A stretch of 64,000 nt of DNA from contig JBHGNT010000017.1 of the NCBI GenBank assembly GCA_043228905.1, positions 5,766,001 through 5,830,000 on the forward strand, written 5' to 3'. The DNA comes from Azolla caroliniana. Taxonomy: Eukaryota; Plantae; Polypodiophyta. The translations under genes were made by a program, and so were the position numbers. The notes beneath the pieces are model-generated. The model did no database searches and was not told where the DNA came from. It saw only the letters and a program-made list of their open reading frames with translations. Every line of letters begins with the position of its first letter. Within the stretch, counting starts at the first letter, position 1. This document shows, one piece after another, positions 32,771 to 45,909 of the stretch.

Positions 32771-33324
32771 ATTGAGCTTTTCTTTCTTCTTGATAATAAG
32801 TTCATGCAAATATAGTTGGTAGGTTTAGTAGATTCCATGGCTTAATAGTGAAAGGAATTTTCTAGCTCATCAAATTGTGATATTTTGGTAAGCTCTAAAA
32901 TTGGTTGAAGCTTGATCATGTACTTTACAACAAACTGTAACACTTGTGATTTTTGTACTACTTAAGTTAGGGACAATTTAGAAGATAGCACACTAATGTT
33001 TGTGATACATGTCTCGCATAGAAAAGGTATACTTAATCTTTCTGAAAATTTTAATTTAGTTAACTTATATTAGATAGAAGAAAGATACATAGCCATCTGC
33101 TTTAGAGACGCTTACAAATTTTTGTGGCTTAATATAAGGTCATTTTGATTTTTGAGGCAATCTCCACATATTCTAGATTCTCATAAAAATATAGGTATCT
33201 TAGAATAATTGCCATATACCAAATTGACTTACAATTCACAATTACAAGAGATATGGTTGACCGTAGAATAATTAGAGGAATTCAAAATGTTTTTGAACAT
33301 GGATAAGGTAGAAATATATTAGGT

Positions 33325-36300
33325 TCATCTTGACATGGACAATGAAAGCTCTTCCTGCTTCATTTGGAATACGAGATTTAATACATCTTCCACTACCTGC
33401 CAATTGTCATCAAAGAATCTAGAGATTAATGTCTAATTACCCCGCACAATATCACAAGATACAAAACAAAAGTAAAATTTATAACCTATATTTGTGGTAC
33501 CTTTCACATTAACATTGTATCATTATTTAAGGAAAAAAAGCCCCATTGGTTCCCCAAAAAAACCATGCTACCCTTTCATCTTCAAGACTTTAGTACTATA
33601 TACAGGTATTTTGGTAATTTTTCAAACACCAAAAGGTTAGCAAGATATTTTAGTGTGAAATCTACTTACCTTGTCAGGTGTGGATGCTCCAGAAGTAACC
33701 CCAATAGTTACCGGGCCCTTGGGCAGCCAATTATCTTTCTCAATATATTCTCCATGCTGCATGAAGTGTGCTCAATCAATAATAATTTGACTTGAAAATA
33801 TAGTTTGCATTTTGAGCAAAATATTCACTACTCACACCTTGGAAAGAAGAGAGGAAAAAACTCAAAAAAGTGTTTAAACTACTCACACTGAGCTTATATG
33901 CAATTTTGTTTCCTGGACCTATTCTTTTCTCACTGTCGATCCAATATGAAGGTATGCCATTTAGTTCGGAAATTTCTTGTAAATGTGATGTATTGCTGGA
34001 ATTCCATCCTCCAACAACCAAAATTAAGTCCACTTTTTCCTTGACCAATTTGTACATTGCATCTTGTCTCTCCTATAGTTTAGAGGTATAAGTTAAGCCT
34101 CAGATTTCACACATTTAGCTCATTACAACCTCTTTTCCATGTTAAATTTCCCAAAACCATAAAACAAATATATAAATTAAGCCACTTTTCATTAAATTTT
34201 AATATCTTCCATATTAAAATTTTAAAATATATTACATTAAACATCAGCTTAATGTATTATATTAACATTAAACATCAGTTTTCAGGTTTTGATTACTCTG
34301 CTTTCTGCTTTCCCTGTTCATATCAATCTTGTTCTCATGTCCTGAATCAATTCACTTTTCATGACTTAATCAATTCTTTGTAAAGCTAGCAACTAAATTT
34401 CTAAAAACTTTGATTTTCATAAGCATCGAGAAAGTTCGTATCCATCTTGTTCTCATGTCCTGAATCAATTCACTTTTCATGACTTAATCAATTCTTTGTA
34501 AAGCTAGCAACTAAATTTCTAAAAACTTTGATTTTCACAAGCATCGAGAAATTTACTTGCATTAACCAATACAAAATTCTCTTTTTAGGTGAAAAAGTGA
34601 ACCTTCCTATTTTGATTCATTCTTGTCCTAAATTTATTGTATGTGAGACTAGAATCTAGAACACTTGAAGTAAGAGTGAGCGGAGCAAACTTCTTAAACA
34701 ATCACCTGAGTTGCATCACAAATAGTGTTGAAGCTCATGAAGTGATCATTTATATTCTCAATCCCAAATTTAGTCATCATGGTCTTCTCAAGAAGTTTGC
34801 CTAGCAAATAAACAAAACAGTTGATGCGCATTGTTTGTGGAATCTCTAACCAAGTACTTGTACAATAGAAATATATTAAGAATAGTTTGTAGCTCTCACC
34901 TATATCTTCAGTTTCTCCCTTTAGCATAGTTGTTTGATTGGCAATGCCTACCCTGACAAGATCCACATCGGGATCAAAACCTGAAGAAACTGCATTTTTG
35001 AATTTCTGAAATGTTAAAGAGACCGAGTTAAATTCAACACTAGGGCCTGATAAAAAACCCCAAGTAGCTTGTTATCGACTTAACAATATGCGTACAACTA
35101 CTTTTCAGTTGCTTACTTCAAGTAAGTCTTCTTTGGTACCACTTGACCCATTGAGTTTTCCACCAAGAATGTAGTCACAAATATAGGTTGCCTGGCCAAT
35201 ATTAAGCAAACAATTTATATACATCTAAGAGTACTCTGGTATTAAAGACTTCTGTGATTACGCATACTGAAGAACCCATCTTAGATTTATACCTCTTTTA
35301 TGTCCTTGACAACAATATATTTTCCGGCGAAGGAAGCTGTAGCAATTGTCTCTTCATGTGCATACTTTCCATGTATAACAGAAGTATATGTAGACTTCTT
35401 GTGCTTTTCAACGGTATTCCATACCTACAACCACATCCAAGTAGAAAAGGCACATATTCAAAACTGACTAGAAAGAATTCATATAGTGCATACTGATGAT
35501 TAATATAAATAAGTTTACCTTAGAAACCCAAGGGCATGTTGTATCCACAATCTGAACTTGCTTCTCATTCAATAGATGCATTTCTTGTACAGATGCTCCA
35601 AAGGCAGGCAAAATGACTACATCCCCTTTATCAACAACATTAAAATCCTTTCCTAATTCCTTATCAGCCTGGATGATTGTTATACCCATCTCATCTAGCC
35701 TCTGGAGAGAATAACTAAACATTAGTATTATTGTTGCAAAGGCAAAATAAATGGATATTGGAAGAGATTTATGCATTCTACTTGGTACAATAAAGTTCCA
35801 CATCTTTGCAGTAGTCTATGGTTAAAGTCAAGTTTCAAAAAGGCCGGTATACCTAATGATACTTACTTGGTTCACAGTTGGGTTGTGAATAATTTCATTA
35901 GTGATCCAGATCTTTTCCTCAGGGAATTGTTTTCTAGCCTCATAAGCAATTTGCACGGCACGTTCAACACCCCAGCAAAAACCTAATGATTCCGCAAGCT
36001 TGACAGTGACAGAGCCCCATGTGTACTCATAGTTATGCTCCTTGAGTGTTTTGATAATGTCACCTGCAGGCATTTTAAAATACGAAATCATACTAATATA
36101 TTGCACAAGAAATTCTTAAAACAATTCTCTAACTATTTCCACAAGTATTATAAGCTTCTGCAAGAGAGGCAGTACATACTTAGCTAGGCCACAAGCCCCA
36201 CCCCCCTCCCTTTCTACACCTAAGCTAGGTATATATACAGAGCTTCATACACAAGGCTCATAATGCTGATTTCCCTCTGGAGGAGGAAAATGAGGGAATT

Positions 36301-38107
36301 GTTTTTACAGAATGTAACCATTCTGAAGGCTATTGCTATAATCTTTCCTTCAGCCAGCTGTAACCATTCTGAAGGCTATTGCAACAAGAAGCCAGCTGTG
36401 CTGAGTATGGTGAATGACAAGAGTCCAAGTGTTCAGACACCTACTCTGGGATCTCCCAAGGTGTGTCAGAGATTTTCATATGTCAAAACCATTCCTCCCA
36501 ACGTCAGCAATCAACACCGTGCAGAAATTCATGTTGGCTCTCTTTTCAAGCTCCAATGTAAATGGCCTATCGAGGAACATATGATCTCTCTATCTGCGAA
36601 TGCACAGATGAAAGCCCTGGAATATGAAACTCGCATCCTTGTTGAGTGCTCCTACCATATTCATATGTGGGCCTTCTTCCCCTGACTCTGACTGAATTCA
36701 CAATCCCGCATGGAACTACCATCTCAAGAGAGGTCAACTATCAGGAGACTATCACAAGAGCCACATAACCTTTCTCTCAGACTTTGCCCCATAGGCCACA
36801 TTTTGTGTGCTACATTAATATACTATTTGCCTATCTAATGCCATAAAAATATTTCTTTGTCTCAGAGATCACACTTAACCTCTAATGAGGAAGACAATAC
36901 AATCTCTCTCACACACACTCTCTTTGCTTCACATCCTCCACATTAGTTGTATCCATGGTTCCTATATCATTGCACTTTAATCAGTAATGACAGCCTCATT
37001 ACATCAGGTGCAATTGCTTTGCTTTACCAGACTTTTATATGATTCACATGGATGGAACTTTGGTCTCTCATATATCATCAGCCATTTGAAGATGTTAACA
37101 TAAAATTTCATTTCATAATTTAGGGTTCTTCACACTATAAACTGCAATTGCTCAACAGGATTTTTAAGCACCTAATCATATAGTTTGTGTCGTTCAAAAG
37201 AGACCTGGACGAATCTCATGAGATGAGTTCCCTTCATCATTAGACAAATAGTAGTACTATTACTAGCAGCCTCTCACATCATTCATACTACTCCTGCTTG
37301 ATGCATTATCCATTCTGTTTTTCTTCGATTTACAATTGCTGGATCTCCCTTAGTTTTCCCTTGTTAAGACATGGTATCAGATCTCACCTCGGTATAATTT
37401 CTTTTTTATTCTTGCCAAGAAGTTTTATCATTTGCATCTCTCTCTCTTTCCTTTTTCTTGTAAAGAATTTGTGAACATCGAAACACCATGAAAATACAAA
37501 ACACAATCGTTGTGCCTAATACTCTAGTGAGGATTTGATGGAAAGGTAAATCTTACAAGGTAGTGTAAAACTAAGTGAAATAAAGTGAATCCTCTGAGGA
37601 CAAGTTGCCTGCAGAAGTTACTTGAGAAAACCACCAAATCTCTCTCTCAAGGTACAACAAATATACATAGATATAGGTACATAAAATACACACACACACA
37701 CACACACATATAGGTGTATAAATTTATGCATGCGTGTGTGTTTAAGAAGAGTACTAACTTGTATATTCTTCATTAATGCGCTGAAGCATCTCCTGCTTGT
37801 GGCCAAACCCACTACGATTATAGAGTTCGCTTTTGTTCAGGGTGCGGCGGAAGGACTTGGAATCGAAGTTGGATTGTTCATTTAATTCAGAATCATGAGA
37901 AGCCGATGAAGATGGAACATGGGTCTCGGATGATCCACGAACAATTGTCGCCGGCATAGATCCTCGCCTCAATCTAGTTAAGCATAGGCGGTGGTGATCT
38001 TTAGAGGCAGAAAAGACAGAGGTAGTGCGATCAAGAGGGAGGATGAGAGGGTTTCTGCTCATCATGGCCATGGTCATCATGTGAGGGCTTGTGCAGACAC
38101 TGTCCAT
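33325..38107 (-). CDS. HDR: 4-hydroxy-3-methylbut-2-enyl diphosphate reductase (IspH/LytB), plastid-targeted, multi-exon
   Basis: Motifs [97 protein letters not shown]. Ser/Thr-rich transit-like N-terminus. About ten GT-AG exons; start ATG slightly uncertain. Confidence 0.95.
34326..34551. repeat. Near-perfect tandem duplication (period 118 bp) in an HDR intron
   Basis: Copies start at 34326 and 34444. Confidence 0.9.
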
Positions 38108-40091
38108 TGGATTTTTGGTTTTGCAGAGTCTTTTTGGTTGAAGGAAACAGATCAAATGCAAAACTCAAACAAAACTAGAAAGGCTTAAAAAAGACAGAGC
38201 TTGAAGTCTCTTATCTGAATCAAAAAGAAAAATGCCACAGTAATAAATAACTTTTAATTTTCTCAATTGCCCATTTTTTTTAAATAAAATGTTTTTCCTA
38301 TTTTCTATTGCTCAATAAATCTTCTCTAATTACCTCATTGTTTCAATCATTTGCTTTTTTTTCCCCCTAATTTTCTAGCATTATTTTCTTCTTTGAATGA
38401 TCAATAGATATAAAAATATTCCCCCGAATCGATCAAATGCAATTGTCATCTCGATTAAGAACTTGCCTAGAAACCTGCCAAGGTTTATTGGTTGGTTTTG
38501 GATCATACTCACTACCGATGATGAGGGAACACTTGCCGAATCAACGGTTACATTTTACGGTATCGAAAATATGAATGGGAAGTGTTCCAAGATAAAATAG
38601 TTTCAATTCAATCTCTAAACCCGTCCAGATCCGATACTCATTACCTACTTGAAAAATATAAAAAAGCATTAAGCCTTATGTTAAGGAGAATACCGAATGT
38701 ATCCCCAATCATATTAATGTGTAAGAATGTGTTCAACGTAGTTTAGTGGTAACCAATGTGTTCGGATTGAACTTTTGCGACCACCTGTTTTTAAATCACA
38801 CTAAACTTAATGGAATTGCATATTTCTAACGTGGTTGTCCACTAATAAGTACAAAAAAATTATCGTGTGAAAGCACAAATGTAAGACACTTTCATAAATC
38901 CACATAATATGATTGATACTAGATAGCTTGCTCTAAACAACACAAATGTTGTATTTACTCAAAAATCCACATAACATAATATACAGAGGATGTAATCCAC
39001 CACAAAACAAAATATTAAGTACATAAATCCATCGAATGTTCTAGAGCAATGATAATTCTACATATATATGTCATGACATATTCATTGATCAATACTATGA
39101 TGTTGTTGTTCAATTCTTCAAAGGTACACTTCTAGGCTTTAAATTATTCTCTCCACATAACCTCTTTAAAATTGATGGCCACAAAAAATCAGTCAACTTA
39201 AAAATTGAAGAGAGGCCCAGTATTGATTCTTTTCATCTTAGAAATTTCTCTTTCACATGAAAAAGGTTGCTCCACTTCATCACAATTACGTCAATTTTTA
39301 TTTCTAAAACATTTTCTCATCCTCAAATTATTTTCTTTTTCATTAACCAATGCATACTAACCCTTCCCGAAATGTTTGCATAACACTTGTAACCACTCTC
39401 TTATGTATGCATCTAATCTATCCAAATCTTTATCATAGTACTATGAGGTTTAGAAAAAAGACCTTTGCAAAAAAAACGATCACACAATGCAATATTCTAA
39501 TTTTGATATTAATAGCTTTGACATAAATTGATAATTTTATATGTCACATGTTTATGCATATTCGCTTTATCACCTTTATACGTTAAACCCAAAAGTAGTT
39601 CCACTTTGCGTGTTGCTTTCTCGAGAAGAGATTAGAGAGTTAAGCTCGATTTTGATAATCTATCCATCAAATTACTTGCTCAATTAACATCTTTGTATCC
39701 TCTTAGTCATACCCAACTGCCACTTTGTGGAAGATATTCCAACTAATCTCTTTCTCCACTATACTTTTGAACTCATACATCACTCCTTATGGGCATTGAG
39801 CATACCCATGTTTGCTAAGAGTGGTCATCATAAAAGGCCATGGCACCTAAATACATCAAGTATTTCAATTTATGTGGGCCCCCATGCATTTTTTATATGA
39901 TGATGTAAATCTAAGAGTCCACACTAGTCACGTTCCAATATTTTGGAAATGAGATGTCGAATCTTGATGTTAGTTTTTGAATTAGAAATCTTCACACATA
40001 CCATTAATCTTATTTTGCTCAAAGTTTGGAAGTTCAATCATGAGTCCTTTTGTTTGCACCATGTGCAACTTTTGTAGGGATATATGGTCAA

Positions 40092-43000
40092 TGTCGAATA
40101 CATGTGTATAATGGACGTATTCACACTATCCCGTTTTGGCCATTTATGTAATTAGCATAAAGGGTAGTTGCCCTAAGTCGGTCACTATATATAGTGACCT
40201 TGTAACCTTTTTGTAAGGTTGGGTGTTGTATTATTGTTTTATGGAATAAGAAGTCTTTTGTGTCTCTCTCTCTCTCTCTCTGTGCAACGACCTACAATCT
40301 GTCATACGCAGGTGCAGAAAAGAATCCATTGCTTCTTGATCTTCCGCACTGACGGCCCCTTGTCTACCAACATCTGGTATCAGAGCCGCTGTCGGCCGTC
40401 ATCACCGCCTGCACAGCATTCGGTTCTTCACTTCATCACGGCCTGCACAGTATTCGCGTCATTCGAAGAAAGAGAGAAGAAGAACAAAAACGAGGCTTGC
40501 ATCTCCTCGCGTTAGATCCTCTTCGCTTGGAGTAAGCCAGCCGGTTGTACTCCGTTCCTTGTGATCGCAACGCTCGAGGTGAAATCCCCTTGTGCAACAT
40601 TGACACGATCGCGCTCCACTCGGTTAAACGGCATCCGAAAAGGTCATTAAACGCTGCTCGCTGCTCGTTGTAACCACTCGGTGCAGATCGGTCTCAAGAC
40701 AACAACCCCAATTCGCGCTTCATCCGGCTGATCGACATTCGGGAGGATCAGTTGGATCTGTCTCTCTCGTCGCTGCAGCCACCCGAAGCAGAATCGGTCC
40801 AGATAATCGGTTTCAATAATCGGTATTCGGCATATATATCCGAAGCGAACCGGGCTCACTCCGACTCGACAACATTCGGGAAGACCAGTCGGTTCTGTCC
40901 CTCAAGTTACCGGAGTCAATTCGAGCAAGTTCCGAAGCCGAACCGACTCGGGTTCAAATCCGACTAGAACGATATCGGGTGAGCCAACCGGCTGCACTCC
41001 AACAAGGTTCGTAGTCAACTCCGAACCGAGCTTCGTCAACCGAAACCGAATTTGATGGCATCAACATCCGGCTCGTCAGAAATGAGTCTACGAAAGTTCG
41101 ATGGATCGAACTTCAACTTCTGGAAGGAACAAATGCAGGACTATCTCATAGTCAAGGGGCAAATCGATCCCATCGAAAATGAAGAACCTCCAGAAGGATA
41201 CAAACCAATTGAGTGGCAGAAGCTGGACAGAATCGTCCGCGCCACGATTCGGATGCACCTATCGGAATCGGTATACTTTACGGTGCAATCGTGTACGACA
41301 GCATTCGAACTGTGGAAAACACTGTCGGACACTTACGAAAAGAAGGTCGCCGCAACGAAGATGTTTCTGATCCGGCGCCTCTACAACTTGCGGATGAAAG
41401 AATCCGATTCGGTTCAAGCACACCTCAATGAGTACGAAAGCATAAGCTCCCAAATCTCGTCACAGGGGACGGCAATCGAGGATGAACTCAGAGCAATGAT
41501 ACTCATGAGCAGCCTTCCCTCATCATGGGAAACTTTCGTCACAACCGTGTGCAACGCGTCAACCACGGCTGTTAAATACTCCGAAGTCACGAGCGCAATC
41601 CTGACCGAAGCAGCTCGGAGAAAGTCTTTCGCCAAAGACTCAACAGACGACGCTTACGTAGTACAAGGTTCGACAGACCGATCGAACATACGAGGAAGAG
41701 ATTCCTCACGGCCGCCGAACAATCAGCGAAGACGGAGCCAGTCACGGGATAACTGAATCTGCAACTATTGCAAGAAACCCGGACACATCAAAGTCGACTG
41801 CCGCGCACTCAAGAACAAGAACAACAAGAAGAGTGGCCGGCATGAGGAGATCAATTACGTCAGCTTCTCAGCTGATGTGCTACCAAACGACCCGAATATA
41901 CTATCAATCGAAAATCCAGTCGGATCAGAAGTTCTGCTCACGACTGAAGAATCGAGCACATGGCTCTTAGATTCGGGCGCGTCATTTCATGTGACTCCTC
42001 ATCGATCCCAATTTCGGCAATATACGATCCGTCACTCCGACTCAGTTCGGGTCGGCAACTCACAACACTGTGATATCATCGGAATCGGCACAGTAGAGCT
42101 TAACCTTGCCGGTGGCTCTACACTTGTACTCCACAATGTCCGACATGTACCCGAGCTCTCAAGGCCATTGATCTCAGTCGGACAACTAGATGAAGACGGC
42201 ATTCGTGCCGGTTTTTCTTCGGGAGGGTGGACACTCCATAGGGGGAACCTCCTGCTTGCTAGAGGACCCAAGATACACTCACTGTATCCGTTACATGTTA
42301 CGCTCAGAGAGGGTAACCTGTTTTTGGTGGATATTCCTGTGTCATCACTATGGCACCGAAGATTAGGACACCTCAGCAAGGTCGGCATTACGCATCTATC
42401 TAGAGCCGGATACATCCCCAAACTCTCCTTCTCCGACCATCAATTCTGCGAGCATTGCCAGTATGGCAAACAAGCAGCCGCATCACACCCGACATCAGCA
42501 CCAAGAGAAACGAGACCTCTTGATTTGGTCCACTCGGACGTCTGTGGCCCAATGCCGCATCAGTCTCTCGGCGGTGCCTCTTACTTCGTCACTTTTATTG
42601 ACGATTCGACTCGAAAGGTGTGGGCTTATCCAATTCGCACCAAAGATCGGGTCTTCTCGATCTTCACCGATTGGCTCGCTATGGTGGAAAATCAAACCGA
42701 CCGAAAGCTGAAATGCTTTCGGACAGACAATGGGGGAGAGTTCAAATCCGAAGAATTCGTCAAATTCTGCCGACAACGTGGCATCCGACGTGAATTTACG
42801 GCACCACACAGTCCGGAGCAAAACGGGATTGCCGAACGCATGAATCGGACAATCCAAGAACGGATAGTTTCCATGCTCCAACACTCCGGACTGTCGGATG
42901 GCTTCTGGGCCGAGGCTCTACTCACGGCAGTACACATAATCAATATGTCGCCAAGTAGACCTCTAGGACTTCAAATTCCTCAGGAACTATGGATCGGCAG

Positions 43001-45542
43001 TAAGCCGAATTACGACAAGCTGAGGATCTTCGGATGCGAGGCGTACGTCCTTATTCCGAAAGATGATCGCCGAAAACTTGCACCTCGGTCCAGGAAATGC
43101 ATTTTCCTTGGATATGGATCCGACGGCGAAATGGGATACCGACTCTGGGACCCCGAACGCAGACAAATCGTTCGAAGTTCGGACGTTGTGTTCAACGAGT
43201 CGGCTATGAATCCATCAGTCGAAAAACCGATCGAAGTCCGAAGGGTAACATTTTCCGATGTGCCGACCCTTCAAGAAGGCCCCGCTCTTAACACACGGTC
43301 AGCTTCACGGGTAGCTGAACCTTACACTACCGACTCGGACAACTCCGACTCGGCACAGCCGAATGATTCGCTTTCGGACCATCCGACCTCGATACCCGAT
43401 GCGACCAGTCCAATCTTACCTCGACGATCCGAGAGACTATCGCAACCTCCGGAGAGGTATTCTCCTGGAATTTTCTTCACCGACGCCGGCGAACCGACGT
43501 CTTACGAAGAAGCATCGACATCTGTCGATTCAGCCACCTGGCATCTGGCGATGGAGTCGGAAATGCACTCCATTCGGGCAAACAAGACTTGGGATCTGGT
43601 TGAATTACCCAGGAACCGACGTGCTCTTCCTTGCAAGTGGGTTTATCGACTAAAAGAGACGTCTGATTCGACCACCCCAAAGTACAAGGCCAGATTAGTT
43701 GCGAAGGGCTTCCAACAAGAATATGGCGTCGACTTCGACGAGATTTTTTCACCAGTGGTGAAAATGACAACCCTTCGTTTCCTACTCGGCGTAGTGGCAG
43801 CCGACAACTTGGAGCTGATTCAGCTAGATGTCAAAACAGCCTTCCTCCATGGTGATCTTGACGAGGAAATTTATATGGAGCAGCCAAAAGGCTTCGTGGC
43901 GACTGGCCAAGAACATCTAGTCTGCCGACTCAGGAAGAGTCTATACGGCCTCAAACAGGCACCGCGACAATGGTACAAGAAGTTCGACGACTTCATCCAA
44001 TCGATCGGCTTCTCAAAAAGCGATGAGGACCATTGTCTCTTCACCAACACAGCTCAAGATGGATCACCCATCTTCCTCATCATTTACGTGGACGACATGC
44101 TAATTTCTGGACGCCACGCGGGCGACCTTGCCGATCTCATTCGGCAACTGCGGTTGAAGTTTGCCATGAAGGACCTCGGTCCGGCACGACACATCCTTGG
44201 CATGAAGATTAGTCGGCATCGCGATAAACGACATCTTTTTTTGTCTCAGACCGACTATACCCGACGTGTCTTAGAACGCTTCAACATGCAATCAGCCAAA
44301 TCTGCTTCAACCCCGCTCCCCATGAATCTTCGGCTCTCTCAGCGAGACTGCCCGACATCCGGTCCGGAGGGGGAAGATATGAAGTCGGTACCGTATGCAC
44401 CGGCAGTCGGCTCCCTTATGTACCTGATGGTCGCGACACGGCCTGATATTTCTCACGCCGTAGGAGTCGTTAGCAGATTTATGCACAATCCTGGCCGATC
44501 GCATTGGAACGCAGTCAAACATGTGTTCAGATATCTGGCTGGCACAAAAGACCACGGCATTCTTTTCGGTCCGAACCGAACCTCAGGCGTAGTCGGTTAC
44601 ACCGACTCGGACTTCGCCGGCTGTATAGACAGTCGGAAATCTACAACCGGATACTGCTTCAAATTCGGCAATGGAGCAATCTCGTGGAAGTCGAAACTTC
44701 AGGAGTGCACAGCGACCTCAACGACCGAAGCAGAATATGTAGCTGCGTCCGACGCAGCAAAAGAAGCTTTGTGGCTCGGTCGGCTGACGCACACGTTTCG
44801 ACAAGTCGACCATGACTCGGCTCCAGTTGTCTACAGCGACAGTCAAGGTGCTGTTGCCTTGTCGAAAAATCCGGTTCACCATAACGCCTCCAAACATATC
44901 GACGTTCGATATCACTTCGTTCGGGACTGCGTCATTTCAGGGAAAATCGGTCTAGAGAAAATATCCACAACCGACAATGTCGCAGATGGAATGACCAAAT
45001 GTCTTTCGGCAGACCGCTTTCGGTCTCTTCGGCATCAGATGGGCGTAACGACAAACCAGTCCGGTTAGAGCCGGACACAGAGCAGGATGGTTCCCGACAA
45101 CCGACATCAGTTCCTTAATGATCGGCTTCAACTGTTCCGACCCGACCAGTTCGGTCTTCTGCCTTCGGACCCTGCCGACTCGAACAAAGCTGATATGTCC
45201 GAGAACCTAAGTCTATACCTGTAATCTTAGATAACCCATGTATACGCCCATTACGGGGGAGTGTCGAATACATGTGTATAATGGACGTATTCACACTATC
45301 CCGTTTTGGCCATTTATGTAATTAGCATAAAGGGTAGTTGCCCTAAGTCGGTCACTATATATAGTGACCTTGTAACCTTTTTGTAAGGTTGGGTGTTGTA
45401 TTATTGTTTTATGGAATAAGAAGTCTTTTGTGTCTCTCTCTCTCTCTCTCTGTGCAACGACCTACAATCTGTCATACGCAGGTGCAGAAAAGAATCCATT
45501 GCTTCTTGATCTTCCGCACTGACGGCCCCTTGTCTACCAACA
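40092..45542 (+). mobile_element. Full-length young Ty1/copia LTR retrotransposon
   Basis: 281-bp LTRs at 40092-40372 and 45262-45542 (TG..CA, identical by eye). TSD GTCAA. PBS TGGTATCAGAGCC at 40375. PPT before 45262. Confidence 0.98.
41055..45068 (+). CDS. Copia gag-pol polyprotein (one in-frame TGA at 41754-41756)
   Basis: Gag, zinc knuckle CNYCKKPGHIKVDC, protease WLLDSGAS, integrase (HSDVCGP, RTDNGGEF, PEQNGIAER), RT (YVDDML) and RNase H (TEAEY, KHIDVRYHF), in copia order and a single frame. Confidence 0.93.
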
Positions 45543-45909
45543 GTCAATCCTTTTGTGCCATATTTTGATGTTGAGCATGCATGTTTGCCCTTTAGAAAAC
45601 ATTGCATAATTGATCATGTGTCATCTACGATACCCTTCTCTTATTCCTCAAGTGACTAGGTGGTTCTTGTCCTTAATGTCGTCCTTGATGAAGCACCCAA
45701 GCCTATTGAATCAAACTCAAATGCTTTATTCAACTATTTGTTTGATGACACTAGGTTCTTTGTGATGTGAGGACATGCAAAATGCTTATTTTCTACATTC
45801 TTAATTTTTTGTTAAAATCAGAGATATCCAACTTGGTAAATTAGGGGTGCGGAGCCACTTTTTGTCACTACATATTAACGATATTGAATCCTGCAGATGT
45901 TGTAGAACC

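Noticed and set aside
38900-40091. Possible decayed DNA-transposase sequence flanking the young copia (continuing ~45548-45800)
   Set aside because: Coding-like composition, but no motif I could assign reliably.
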